A DNA stretch of 64,000 nt from Squalus acanthias (Eukaryota), in NCBI GenBank assembly GCA_030390025.1, contig CM059431.1:119600001-119664000 (forward strand). Direction: 5' to 3'. Below are positions 23,346-36,723 of the stretch, one piece after another (the stretch's first letter is position 1; the number at the start of each line of letters is the position of its first letter). A program made the translations under genes and the position numbers. The notes beneath the pieces are model-generated. The model did not search any database, was not told the origin of the DNA, and worked only from the letters and a program-made list of their open reading frames with translations.

Positions 23346-24495
23346 ATGAAACTCAGATTACAACTTAGAAATAAAGAGCAAACAGTTATTTTGGTAAAGT
23401 AAACACTGATCAGTTTGAGATGTCTTTCGGATTTCTCCTTTTCTCTTCAGGTGACATGGTGACTAGATAGGTAAGGCTGCATTGTTTCCTTTGACGTCAG
23501 TAGGATGTTTTTGTGGTACTATGGAAAGCTGAGTTGCCAGACAGAACTTTCCTTACCTTTTCCACACAATTTCTGTGAGGTAGAAGGGTGGCCCAAGCTG
23601 AGGAAAATTGGATAGAGTCTCATCTCGCTGGAAATGCGCCAGGTTTGCATCCAAATGCTTTTGGCAGGCAGGTAGAAGTGCCTACCTCAAACAGGCGGAC
23701 ACTTCTTGGGGAATTTTAACTCCCTCCACTCGACAGAAACTGGCCCGAACCAGGGAGTTAAAATTCAAGTTCTGCCCTGCGACTATTTTAATGCCATTGT
23801 TTCCTTGGCCAGCTGATGCGCCCACCTGAATCAAGAGGGAGCCTCAAATATATGTAAAATTGGGGTCCTATCACCCCAATGCTATTTTAACCACCACCTT
23901 CTCAAGGGCAATTAGGGATGTGCAATAAATGCTGGCCTTGCCAGCGACACCCACATCCCATAAACAAATTAAAAAACTGTCCACTAAGCATCAGAATGTG
24001 AACATACAAATTTAGAATGGAAATATAAAAATAAGGACCGAATCTATGACTTTAAAATGGGGACTGAATTAACACTGTGTCCTGGTCCAATTCACCTGCA
24101 GCCTCTTTTCCTGTCTCACCTGAAGACGACACTTGGTCTTGACTCCCCACGGGGGATCAACTGGTATATTATTTAAATATTCAGAATAACCTCTTGTTTT
24201 AGTAAGTTTTTCTCACATCAAACTACTTTAGAATGAGAAACAGCATTATTGCTGGTCTGGATAAGATTGCCATTTAAGTGCTGATTAATACTCATTTACA
24301 AGTAGATTTTCTGCTGTGATCTCACACTTACTTAGAAGTTACCTGATTCAGGCAACGCTTTTTAAAATTAGGAACCTTATAGCTGTCAGAGGGAAGAATA
24401 GAAAGAAAAAGAAGATGTATTTAAATAGTAACTTTCATGACCTCAGGATATCCCAAAGAACTTTGCAGCCAGTGAAGTACTTCTGAAGTGTAATG

Positions 24496-24943
24496 TGTTA
24501 GCTGTCGGCCTCCTTTCTCCTCTGGTTCACAACATCACGTTTTGAGTAAACACGAGACTTTGTAGTGGAGTTTATTGATACACAATAAAGGTGATCAGTC
24601 TTAACTGTATACAGAGAGTGGCTTTTCAGTTACAAGGTCTATCTTCTGAGCCCTCTGAAATATTGTTGAAAATCATGCTCCCTTATACACCATATTTTGG
24701 CTACATCAAAGGAAAATGTCATAGATAAGCCTATATGACATATCTATTCCCAAATCCTTTCAAAACAGACTATTCAGGTAAACAGTTTGCAGTTGTTTAC
24801 TTGAAAACTACTTCCTGTAAACAAGACTTCCTGACATAACAGTCCTTAAACCTTTTTAAGAAAAAGCTTTACCAACTGCTATCTGTAGCTAATGGATTCG
24901 CTACCCTGTACCCTAAAACTAAAGTTAAATTTTATTACTAACA
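24496..24943 (-). mobile_element. Possible solo LTR
   Basis: TGTTAG...CTAACA termini, minus-strand AATAAA at ~24571, and it abuts a SINE tail. No TSD seen. Confidence 0.35.
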
Positions 24944-25008
24944 CTGATTTCCTTACACAAGCACTTTACATATAGAAGGCTTTCTTCTCAAGACACTTCA
25001 AAGTCATC

Positions 25009-25900
25009 GGGAGAAACATTCAGTTGGTTGCGCCTCCCGTTAGCACCTTAAGAGGGTGCTAATGGGGCGCAAAGCAACTAGCGCACGGGCGCGGTGATGT
25101 TTGCGCCGCTCGCCAAATTAACTAGACATTTTACGGTGGCGCTAAACACTACTGCCACGATCTCCTGCGCTGGCAGATCGTGACGTCAGTCGAATGCGCA
25201 AGGCCCCGGTAGCACCCAGGAGCGCATATTGAGTGGCGCCCCCTGCCTTACCGCTTGCCGCTAGCAATGACAGGTTGAGGGGAGCGTTTTGCAGTCAGGA
25301 AGGGACTGGAGGAGCGCTATTTAAAGGCGACCGCTTCCTGCCTTTTATTGTTGGTGACATTTTTGAACCACGCATTCTGAGAGAGAGAGAGAGAGACTTC
25401 TGGAGAGATTCAACGCTGTGTGAAGGAGTTTTGGGTACTGAGCAGCACTTTGCAGGTTCATTTTGATTTGCCCTTCCTTGTATCAATTTAGAAGAGACTG
25501 TGGGGCTGCACTCTGAGCTCTTTCCCTGGTACTCTCCATTGTTCTTTCCAGCAGATTTGATGTACAGGTCTCTCCAGGCCGAGATTCAAGGCTGCAATGA
25601 GCAGGATGTGGATGGAAAGCAAGATCAACCCTCCCCTTTAAGAACTGGCCGGTGCCATTTTGTGTGTGTTCCATTGCTGACTGACATCACATGAGCTTCG
25701 CCAGCGCTCTGAGGTAGCGCCTCGCTCCTCGGCCTTTGCGCCTTAAGGCAGTTGTGAAGCGCCTGATTTAGCGCTCCAATCACCTCCAGGAGTTATAAAA
25801 GTCAAGTTTGCAGTCGGAGGCGATAATTAGCGCCAGGCGCTAATCTTTGTGCCCGGCCGATAATTGCGCCCTAAATGGGGCGATACTGAATTTCTCCCCC
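25009..25900 (+). mobile_element. Harbinger family-A MITE
   Basis: 16-bp TIR, flanks ATC/ATG, colinear with 805-1696. Confidence 0.93.
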
Positions 25901-27699
25901 ATGCTGTTTATATTGGAAAACCTGGAAATCCTCTTGCTTCGAGACACAAAGAAGTTCAACTCTTAAACCTTAACTCCCCAAGATGTCCAATGTACTTTAG
26001 GAGACTTTCATGCCAATGGTGTGGTCTAGATGTGATCTCAAATCCCAGAAATTAAAGGATATTGTTCTGACCTACTATTCGATGCAATCCAACCAAAATT
26101 GGTTGACTGTATAATTACATTTTTACTATTAACTTCAGCAGATCAGATTTCAGTGAGGTTTATTTACTTCAGAGAAGGGGGGAAGACTGCCTCTGCTCAA
26201 GATTCATAGAAAAATCACAAAACAACTTTGTATACATGCATTTATGACAAACAGAGCAAATGTTCCCACAAAGTTAGTCCCACTGCATTTGTGAGACCCC
26301 ACTGATGTTATTGTTATGTAAACGTGATGATAATGGGGCTGAGCATTAAAGTAAATTTTCGGCATTTGCTTCCGTCATGAAACTTCACTCATTGGGAGCG
26401 TACATCAGGAAATTACACGTGCAAAGCCCTGATTATCCGTCAGGAGCTTCACTAACACGATTACCTGATTTTTATGTCTCGGCAGGCAAGGCTTTGAATA
26501 AGAAGCGCAAAGACAAAGCATTCAGCTGTGTCTCAGACCATCTTGATATCTAGATATTGCTTTTTCAAAAACCAGTGACCATCAATGATTTTTATACTCA
26601 AGTATCTTCAGTGAGACAGATAATTTCCCATCCTTTTTATTTTTACTTGTTCATAAAATGATTTCTGCACAGCCTTTCGTTGCTGTTCCTATCCTGGCAT
26701 CATGCTGCTTGATCATTTCCTTATGTTGCTTTTCAAGTGTGATAAAAAAAATCTGTGCTGGGAGCTTAACATTAGTGTTTTATTCAATGGGGAATTTGAA
26801 AAGCAGCGGTATCTTTTAAATATTTCTATTCTAGTAATTTGTCAACAAGTTAAATGAGATTAAAAATTGTTTCTGAGTCTTTACATATTTATGTATTTTG
26901 TAGAGTTTCTTAAACTAATAAGATGAAAAACTTTATTTTATACTGAATTTCATTTTCCTGTGAAATTTCCATAAAATTTCTAATGCTATAAAAATATGAA
27001 GAAACTTAGTTATGTTCACATTGGCATAGACAATTAGTTTTCCATCAACTTCATAAGGTTTTAGAAGTAAACAGTAATGTTCATAATATATTCCATTTTG
27101 TTTTAATGACATGTTCTGCTGATGAATTAAACAGAAGCTATTATTAATGCAATTAATTTTGATAAAGCAGGGCATACCAAAGTTAAATATTAATGTTTTA
27201 AAATACACTATTTCATTGCCACAGGGAGAAATACTAAAGTATTGGCAAATAAATTCAAATTATCTGTCCGTGATTCATATTTTTAATACTATTTATTTAT
27301 AGGGTAATGGACATTAGCTCATCTGTAAAAGTGCATTAAAAAGTACAATTTAATTACACTACATGGCAGATAAGTCAATAGTTATTTAAAAGTGAAGTTA
27401 TTTTTGGCTTGGAAAGATAATATTTAATGTGTGTGTATTTGTTAGGATTACTTTTTTAAATGCATTGTCAATTGAAATCATCCATGGATGTAGTTTACTG
27501 ATTTGAGGCAATATTCTGGCACAAGGTAGTTTGTTAACTAAATGTAGAATATTCCAGGATCACAGAAAACTAGGTACTGTAACTGAGGAAACTATTCTAC
27601 AATAGATAATTGGATTCCTGTTCATGACTTTCAATTGGGATAGAATATATAATTAATGTAAAAAGAGGCCCATTTGTGAGAAATGTGCATCATCTTAGA

Positions 27700-30600
27700 C
27701 ATCATTGTCTGGACTCATGATCCGGAGACATGAGTTCAAATCCCACCATGGCAACTGTGGCATTTAAATTCAGTTAATTAAATAAAAAAATCTGGAATAA
27801 AATACTAGTATCAGTAATGCTGACCATGAAACTATCGGATTGTTGTAGAAACCCATTTGGTTCACTAATATCCTTTAGGGAAGGAAATCAGCCGCCCTTA
27901 CCCGGTCTGGCCTATACATGACTCCAGACCCACAGCAATTTGGTGACTCTTAACTGCCCTCTGAAATGGCCTACCAAGCCACTCAGTTGTATCAAACCAC
28001 TAGGAAAAGCAATAAGAATAAAACCGGACAAACCACCCGGCATCGACCTAGGCACCGGATTCAGACACGGCAAAGGTACACCCAGCCCAATCAACCCTGA
28101 AAAGTCCTCATCATTAACATCTGGGGACTTGTGCCAAAATTGGGAGAGCTGTCCCACAGACTAGTCAAGCAACAGCCTGACATAGTCATACTCACAGAAT
28201 CATACCTTTCAAACAACGTCCCAGACTCCTCTATCACTATCCCTGGGTATGTCCTGTCCCACCAGAGTGGCCCTGGAAGTCCTCAACATTGACTCCAGAC
28301 CTCATGAAGTGTCATTGCATCAAGTCAAACATGGGCAAGGAAACCTCCTGCTGATTACCATTTACCGCTCTCCCTCAGTTGATGAATTAGTACTCCTCCA
28401 TGTTGAACACCACTTGGAAGAAGCACTGAGGGTAACAAGGGCACAAAATGTACTCTGGGTGGGGAACTTCAATGTCCATTACCAAGAGCGGCTCGGTAGC
28501 ACCACTACTGATTGAGCTGGCTGAGTCCTGAAGGACATAGCTGCCAGAATGGGCCTGCAGCAGATGGTGAGAGAACCAATACGAGGGAAAGATCTACTTG
28601 ACCTCGTCCTCACCAATCTACCTATCACAGATGCATCTCTCCATGACAGTATTGGTAGGAGTGGCCAACACAAAGTCCTTATAGAAATGTCCCGTCTTTA
28701 CACTGAGGACCCCCTCCATTGTGTTGTGTGGCACTACCACCGTGCTAAATGGGATAGATTCAGAACATATCTAGCAGCTTAAAACTGGGCATCCATGAGG
28801 TGCTGTGGGCCATCAGCAGCAGCAGAACTATATGCCACCATAATCTGTAACCTCATGGACGGCATGTGTCTCACTCTACCATTACCATCAAGCCAGGGGA
28901 CCAACCCTGGTTCAATGAGGAGTGTAAAAGAGCATGCCAGGAGCAGCACCAGGCATACCTACAAATGAGGTGCCAACCTAGTGAAGCTACAATTTAGGAT
29001 TAAATGCATGCTAAACAGAGGAAGCAGCATGCTATCGACAGAGCTACGTAATCCCACAACCAACAGATCAGATCAAAGCTCTGCAGTCCTGCCACATCCA
29101 TTCGTGAATGGTGGTGGACAATTAAACAACTAATGGGAGAAGGAGGCTCCATGAACATCCCCATCCTCAATCATGGTGAAGCCCAGCATGTGAGTGCAAA
29201 GGATAAGGCTGAAGCGTTTGCAACCATCTTCAGCCAGAGGTGCCGAGTGGATGATCCATCTCGGCCTCCTCCTGAGGTCCCAATCATCACAGAAGCCAGT
29301 CTTCAGCCAATTTGATTCACTCCACGTGATGTCAAAAAACGGCTGAGCGCACTGGATACAGCAAAGGCTAGGGGCCCGAACAACATCCTGGATGCAGTGC
29401 TGAAGACTTGTGCTCCAGAACTAGCTGCACCTCTAGCCAAGCTGTTCCAGTACAGCTACAACAGTGGCATCTACCCAACAAAGTGGAAAATTGCCTAGGT
29501 ATGTCCTGTCCACAAGAAACAGGACATACCTAGGCACTGAGATGAGAAGGACTACTTCACTCAGAGGGTGGTAGGTCCATGGAATATGCTGCCCCAAAAA
29601 GCTGTAGAAGCTACATCATTACATAAATTTAAAACAGAAATAGACAGTTTCCTAGAAGTAAAGGGAATTAAGGGTTACGGGGAGCGGGCAGGAATTTGGA
29701 CATGAGTCTAGGTTCGGATCGGTCATGGCCCTGTGGGTAGCGTAGCGGGCCCAGGGGCCGTGTAGCCTGATCCTGCTCCTATTTTGTGTGTCCAATTCTG
29801 TTAGGTTCAGGAGATGGTTCTGTGATAGTAGATTGGCGGTTAGGATCAGATCAGCCATGATCTTATTGAATGGCGGAGCAGGCTCGAGGGGCCAATTGGC
29901 CTACTCCTGCTCCTATTTCTTATGTTCTTACGTTCTTAAATCCAATCCGGCCAACTACCGCCTATCAGTTTACTCTCAATCATCAAAGTGATGGAAGGCA
30001 TCATTGACAGTGCTATCAAGCGACACTTATTCACCAATAACCTGTTCACCATGCTCAGTTTGGGTTCCGCCAGGACCACTAGGCTCCAGTCCTCATTACA
30101 GCCTTGGTCCAAACATGGACAAAAGAGCTGAAATCTAGAGGTGAGGTGAGAGTGACTGCCCTTGACATCAAGGCAGCATTTGACCAAGTTTGGCATCAAG
30201 GAGCCCTAGTAAAATTGAAGTCAATGGGAATCATGGGGAAAACTCGCCACTAGCTGTAGTCATACCTAGCACAAAGGAAGATGGTTGTGGTGGTTGGAGG
30301 CCAATCATCACAGCCCCATGACATCATTTCAGGAGTTCCTCAGGTGTCCTAGGCCCAACCATCTTCAGCTGCTTCAGCAATGACCTTCCCTCCAACATAA
30401 GGTCAGAAGTGGTGATGTTTGCTGATGGGTGCACAGTGTTCAGTGCCATTCACAACTCCTCAGATAATGAAGCAGTTCATGCCCGCATGCAACAATACCT
30501 GGACGATGTTCAGGCTTGGGCTGATAAGTGGCAGGTAAAATTCGCGCCACACAAGTGCCAGGCAATGACCATCTCCAACAAGAGGGAGTCTTGCCACCTC

Positions 30601-31322
30601 CCTTTGAAATTTTGCGGCATTACCATCATCGAATCTCCCACCATCAACATCCAGGGGGTCACCATTGACCAGAAAATTAACTGGACCAGCCACATAAATA
30701 CTGTGGCTACAAGAGTACATCAGAGGCTGGGTATTCTGCGGCGAGTGTCTCATCTCCTGAGTCCCCAAAGCCTTTCCACCATCTACAAGGCAAAAGGCAG
30801 GAGTGTGATAGAATACTCTCCACTTGCCTGAATGAGTGCAGCTCTAGCAACTCCCAAGAAGCTCGACACCATCCAGAACAAAGCAGCCTGTTTGCTTGGC
30901 ACCCCATCAACCACCTTAAACATTCATTCCCTCCACCACCAGCGTACCGTGGCTGCAGTGTGTATCATCTACAAGGTGCACTGGAGCAACTCGCCAAGGC
31001 TTCTTCGACAGCACCTTCCAAACCCGCGACCTCTACCACCTAGAAGGACAAGGGCAGCAGGCACATGGGAACACCACCAGCTGCAAGTTCCCCACCAAGT
31101 CACACACCATGCTGACTTGGAAATATATCGCTGTCCCTTCATCGTCGGTGGGTCAAAATCCTGGAACTCCCTCCCTAACAGCACTGTGGGAGTACCTTCA
31201 CCTCACGGACTGCAGCAGTTCAAGAAGGTGGCTCACCACCACCTTCTCAAAGGCAATTAGTGATGGGCAATAAATGCTGGCCTTGCAGCAATGCCCACAT
31301 CCCATGAATGAGTAAATAAAAA
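27700..31322 (+). mobile_element. Near full-length APE-RT LINE (clade not assigned) with tRNA-like 5' head, decayed
   Basis: B-box GTTCAAATCC at 27734. NIWGL..PDIVILTES at 28116, GNFN, LDLVLTN, DIKAAFD, MFADG and the HHHLLKGN stop at 31260. A-rich tail. Confidence 0.9.
29528..29937 (+). mobile_element. CR1 3' fragment inserted in the LINE RT
   Basis: Splits the host CAGGAC|AAATCCAATCCGGCC. Carries a CR1 3' UTR and the tail TATGTTCTTA. Confidence 0.85.
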
Positions 31323-31347
31323 CAAATGATTTTTATGCTCTCTGCAG

Positions 31348-31399
31348 GCTTTCTGTGCCTCACCTTTGTGCTGCTTTTGCCCACCTGTCTGAAAGGGAG
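31348..31399 (+). other. Candidate 52-nt host exon (unidentified)
   Basis: TTTTATGCTCTCTGCAG| ... GAG|GTAAGA. Open in two frames (FLCLTFVLLLPTCLKG or LSVPHLCAAFAHLSERE). No partner exon found. Confidence 0.25.
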
Positions 31400-31469
31400 G
31401 TAAGATTCACAGAATCCCTCTGTGTACGGTAACATACAATGACAAAGGAAACATAAGACATGAGTTCAT

Positions 31470-32130
31470 AATATATAGATATGCACTGATAAAGGTGGAA
31501 AAAGATGAAGCGAATTATTGATAATTCACTAAAAATAGCCAGTCTGATAATGATCTTAACAAGGCTAATGGACACTAAATTATAAGCAAATAAAGCTATT
31601 TAGCATCACATAAAATATCAATAAAGCCACGTTTGGCATACTGTGTACAATTTTAGTGACTTTCTATTTCAAAATATATTGAAGTATTGGATTAGGGTGA
31701 GAGAGACTGGAAAGTAATTATATGATTCAAGAACTCAAAATTTTTAGGTTGTGAGGATGAGTTGACCATTGGGGACAGAGAAATCATTGGCAGTGGACAT
31801 GACCCAGCTCTTTAAATACTGAAAGGCATGGATAATGTAAATGTGAGGTGTTTATTTTAACCCAAACTCTTAATTTTAGAGCTATAGGTCATAAGTACTA
31901 AATTCTCAAAGATCAAGTGAGATTGGAGAGTAGGTGTTGTTTTACAGGTGGGTAGGTGTATGGAGTAGATTCTTATTGCAGCTAGATGATACTATTCTAA
32001 TCATCTCCTGTAATATGCAGCTGGAAAATTACCTGGTTATGAAAGTAATAAAGTTAAAAGGTTAAATATAGTCATACAGGATAAAGCACAATGAAACACT
32101 GGCTCCTATGCTATTCCAAATATATGAATT
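31470..32130 (+). mobile_element. Ancient CR1 3' fragment
   Basis: Degenerate CCACgTTTGG.ATACTGTGTACAATTT (RPHLEYCVQF) and GGTCATAAGTA motifs. Confidence 0.6.
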
Positions 32131-32736
32131 GTAAGAAATATATATCAAATAATGTCAGATTCATATCCTGCAATTTTTCACATGATCAACTTCGGGTTAG
32201 GAGGAAGTTTGGACTTTTCTCTCAGAAGCTTTACTAATGTTGATTTGTTCCCTGTGCAGATTAAAAGAAAATGAAATGTACAGTATGTAGTGGGAGGCAG
32301 TGGTGATGCATCAGAACAAGTGGGCTCAGTGGAACAACTGGCATTTTCTCACGTCATACTTCGTTGAGTTTTGATGTTACGAAGGAAGTTGAGTGTAAAC
32401 TTACTAGTTTGTTCTAGTGGATTCTTGCAACTGTGTTTCATGCTTTTCAGCTTTTGGTTAGAGGCAACTGGACATTTCTTTTTGGACAGCTATAGTTTTT
32501 GGCCTCTCCCACGAGATTACATGGCTATTGGGAAATAGGCTCCAGGCATCATGAATTTGGGGCAGGCTTCAGGGATCAACAGGTCCTTTCCTAACAGTCA
32601 CATTTGTATTTCCGTATGTTCAAATCCATCATGAAATTCCACGTTAGAAGATTATGGGTAGAATTCCCCATTGATTAGGTCTGGAATAGAAATTCATGAT
32701 GTCACACCAGGATGAATTCTACATCAACAGCCTGTA

Positions 32737-33830
32737 CCCAGGTGTCTGGAAAAACTGGCTGTGCCCAGGTGTCTGGAAAAACTGGCTGCGCCCAGGTGTC
32801 CGGAAAAACTGGCTGCGCCCAGGTGTCTGGAAAAACTGGCTGCGCCCAGGTGTCTGGAAAAACTGGCTGCGCCCAGGTGTCTGCACAAATGGTCTACTCC
32901 CAGGTGTCTGCACAAACTGTCTGCTCCCAGGTGTCTGCACAAACTGTCTGCTCCCTGGTGTCTGCACAAACTGTCTGCACCCAGGTGTCTGCACAAACTG
33001 TCTGCTCCCAGGTGTCTGCACAAACTGTCTGCTCCCTGGTGTCTGCACAAACTGTCTGCACCCAGGTGTCTGCACAAACTGTCTGCTCCAAGTTGTCTGC
33101 ACAAACTGTCTGCTCCCTGATGTCTGCACAAACTGGATGCGCCCAGGTGTCTGCACAAACTGTCTGCTCCAAGTTGTCTGCACAAACTGTCTGCTCCCTG
33201 ATGTCTGCACAAACTGGATGCGCCCAGGTGTCTGCACAAACTGTCTGCTCCCAGCTGCCTGCACAAACTGTCTGCTCCAAGTTGTCTGCACAAACTGTCT
33301 GCTCCCTGGTGTCTGCACAAACTGTCTGCTCCCAGGTGTCTGCACAAACTGTCTGCTCCCAGGTGTCTGCACAAACTGTCTGCTCCCAGATGTCTGCACA
33401 AACTGTCTGCTCCAAGTTGTCTGCACAAACTGTCTGCTCCCTGGTGTCTGCACAAACTGTCTGCTCCCAGCTGCCTGCACAAACTGTCTGCTCCAAGTTG
33501 TCTGCACAAACTGTCTGCTCCCTGGTGTCTGCACAAACTGTCTGCTCCCAGGTGTCTGCACAAACTGTCTGCTCCAAGTTGTCTGCACAAACTGTCTGCT
33601 CCCTGGTGTCTGCACAAACTGTCTACTCCCAGGTGTCTGCACAAACTGTCTGCTCCCAGGTGTCTGCACAAACTGTCTGCTCCCAGGTGTCTGCACAAAC
33701 TGTCTGCTCCCAGGTGTCTGCACAAACTGTCTGCTCCCAGATGTCTGCACAAACTGTCTGCTCCCAGGTGTCTGCACAAACTGTCTGCTCCCAGGTGTCT
33801 GCACAAACTGTCTGTTCCCAAGTATCTGCA
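32737..33830. repeat. 27-bp minisatellite (~40 units; CCAGGTGTCTGCACAAACTGTCTGCTC)
   Basis: Read directly; gives 9-aa periodicity in all reading frames. Confidence 0.98.
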
Positions 33831-34509
33831 AGCATTCTACATATCAGAAGATCAAAGCTGACTGAGAGATACCAATCATTGTCCAGAAATCTCTCTGTAC
33901 AATTTTTAAGGAGTTTAATACTGAAAAATTCTCCTGTGGTGATCAATTATAGTTACCCTCAGGATTACCAGAACTGACTGATAGAATATCAAAAGGTAGC
34001 AATCCACAAAGTGTACTGCAATGTTCAACACTCAATTGGTACTTAACAGATAATTAAATAACTCTCCAGCCTATCCCCCATGATGTGCTACAGTGCTTTT
34101 ATTTTCTCGCATTTCTTGCTTTTAACCCAAAATGGGCACTGTGCATGGAGCATTGACTACCTCCTGAAAGTGCTCAAAAGTGCTGAGCAGTTATGCAGTC
34201 TTCAGGATTCTTTGCAGTTAACTAGTTGAGGCCACTGAAGGGACAATTAGCAATACTTAAAGCCTCGTTTGCTAAATCATGCAGATTAGCATTGACCCAG
34301 ATTTTGTGGTAGGATTAACGGTGAGGCTATTAGCGCTCCTCATTATTCAGAAAAAAAAATCGGACAGCCACTTCCAGTCCGCATGTGCCCAGTTAATCAT
34401 CGAAATCAGGAAGTTGCTGACCGATTTGCTCTGCTCCTCCACAAGCTTCGCTATAACTGTATCTCGCCAAGAGTCTCATCATTCATACACATGAAGGGCA
34501 AGAAGTTAT

Positions 34510-35272
34510 GGGCCCAAAAATTCGGCCCTTCCCGGGTGAGTACACAGTCCGTACTCACCCGTATTGCTTCCCGAAGTGCCGGTTTCCTGCATGCACTGCG
34601 CATGCGTGGGAAACCGGAACTTCCGGTATGGTGAAGGAGGCGGTTCCTAGGTGAACCGCGTGCGCGGTAGAGGCTGCGCGCACGCAGCACACTTAGATTT
34701 TTTTTCAGGTTTCAACGCGAGGGTAAGTATTGAAGATACTACGCTAATAAAAAGGAGGCGTAAGACCCCTTTTGAACAAGGTAAGTGGTTAATTAAGTAT
34801 AATTTTAAATTTTTTTCAACAGGTTTATCTTTTTTAGATACTTTAAAGAAAGGTAAGTTTATTTTTATAACTTTTAAAAAGTATTTTAATTTTTTCAAAA
34901 ATTTAAATTTTTGTTTAAAGTAGTTAATTTATTTAACTATAGTTATTTTATAAATGTGATGTTTTTAAAAAAAATTATTTTAAGTTTAGCTGTTCTTTTG
35001 GGGCCGATTTCAATTCACAGATTTGACAGGTCCTGTCAAATCTATGAATGAAAGATGGTCTGCTGCCATTGGCTATCCATGGCCCACGTGATCCCAGGGG
35101 TCGCATCGCACTAACTGCGCCCCTGGAACACGCAAGCACTGCGCGCCGGCAGTTGGGAGAGGCCCAGGACCCGAAGTTCTCGTGGGCCCAAAACACAATG
35201 GCAGGCGCGGTAGGTAAGAGCACGCGCGATCCTTACCCCCGCGGCAAGCCAGAGAGGCGAATTTCTGGGCCC
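34510..35272 (+). mobile_element. Harbinger family-B MITE (subfamily with TIR GGGCCCAr AAATTCG)
   Basis: GGGCCCAAAAATTCG / CGAATTTCTGGGCCC, colinear with 7354-8115. Confidence 0.9.
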
Positions 35273-35476
35273 TGGTATTTACCCACTAGATACCCACTAA
35301 ACACGTCAGAAAAAGTTAGGGTTCATTCATTCAAGTCTAAGTGAATTTCTAATGGCGTGATGTCTTAATTACTGCCAAACAACCTCTCTGACACTGAAAA
35401 TTTACTTTTATAAGTGTGGGTCTCATTCCTTCAGATTATAATTATTGATGGCAATTTTTTTTAAATTTAAAATTAA

Positions 35477-36097
35477 GGGGGAAGAATTCGGTCGTGGCCC
35501 CTTTGGGGCGCTTCTTTTAGTGCCCCAAAAAAGTTAGCGCCCCTGCACTGTAAATTAAGTGGTAGCGCCCCAAGCAGGAGGCGGGGCACTACTGGAAGCA
35601 CTCCCCCTCCTTCCTGGGGTGCTACCATTCAATTTGCAGCACTACACGCAACAGCGCCACAGTATTACATGCCTCCCTCCCCTGATTAAAGGGGAGGGGC
35701 CTATCGTGACCGGCACCCCGCATGAAGAAGCGGAAGGGGGCAGGTGCTGGCAGGCAGCCCAAAAAATATGGCCCGCCCGCCACCTGTCCTTTAATTTGCG
35801 CTGCCACGGCCACAAAAATGCCACCCTGACCCTGTCGGACATAGCATCTGGCGCTAGGTCAGGGGGCGTGACCAAAGCTTGTGGCCAGGGCGTGAGCGGG
35901 GCTTTGCACTCGGCGATGACGTCATCGCCGAAGGCGCAGCACCACGGGGCGCTACCAGCTACCGCCGCCGCTAACCTCCCGCTGAATTTTGCGGGAGGCA
36001 TTAGCAGTGCCACACCCAGACGCTAGGGGTGTTGCACCCCATTAGCGCCCCCGGGGGAGCACTAACAGGAGGCGCAAAGCAACCCAATTTTTCCCCC
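35477..36097. mobile_element. Harbinger-type GC-rich MITE
   Basis: GGGGGAAGAATT / AATTTTTCCCCC and many TAGCGCC motifs. The TSD is not clean (TAA/ATA). Confidence 0.85.
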
Positions 36098-36723
36098 ATA
36101 GAAATTTCTTTGGCTTGCAAGTGTTTAGAGCTAACTGTATAATCAGTGCAACCTCATTGGAACAACCTCTCTCACCATTGACAGATCGCTTCTGTCATCT
36201 CACCTGCTGCTGCCATCTATTGCAGAAACATCGGTGTCCTTGGAAAAATCACATCTTGGTCCTCAGAATCCTTCCACGATCAGCCCCAACACCAAGGCAC
36301 ACCAACATCACCAACAACATCACCAACCTTCTCCACCATCACCTAATGCTGCACAGGACACAGTGCATGAGTCCTTAACAACATTGCTGCCCGGGAGGCC
36401 AGTGATGGCATCACCATGGCCAGATTTACTTCACTTGATGCTGTAAACCCTGGCTGCTACATGATGCACCAGGTTGACACCATCCCACACCAGCACTGTA
36501 AAGCATCCCTATAATGTCCAAGCCATTCCATTCACACTCATCACTATAGCGGGGCGGGGGGGGGGGCAAGTTATGTCTCAACATTCACTGGAACTCACTA
36601 AGACACCTCTCAAGGTGCACACAGATCTGTCCAATAAGGTGAAGTGTTGAAAATATAGATTTTGCTGTATGACAACACATTACCAGAAACTTCACATGAA
36701 CATTAGCTAAACCTCTCAAGTGC

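Noticed and set aside
23451..23470. 20-nt micro-exon (TTCTCTTCAG|..ATAG|GTAAGG)
   Set aside because: All three frames contain a stop. It could only be a UTR or terminal exon and has no other support.
32696..33977. 365-421 aa ORFs on both strands as real genes, or the array as CRISPR
   Set aside because: The ORFs follow from a stop-free 27-bp unit. Units are contiguous with no unique spacers, and the context is eukaryotic.
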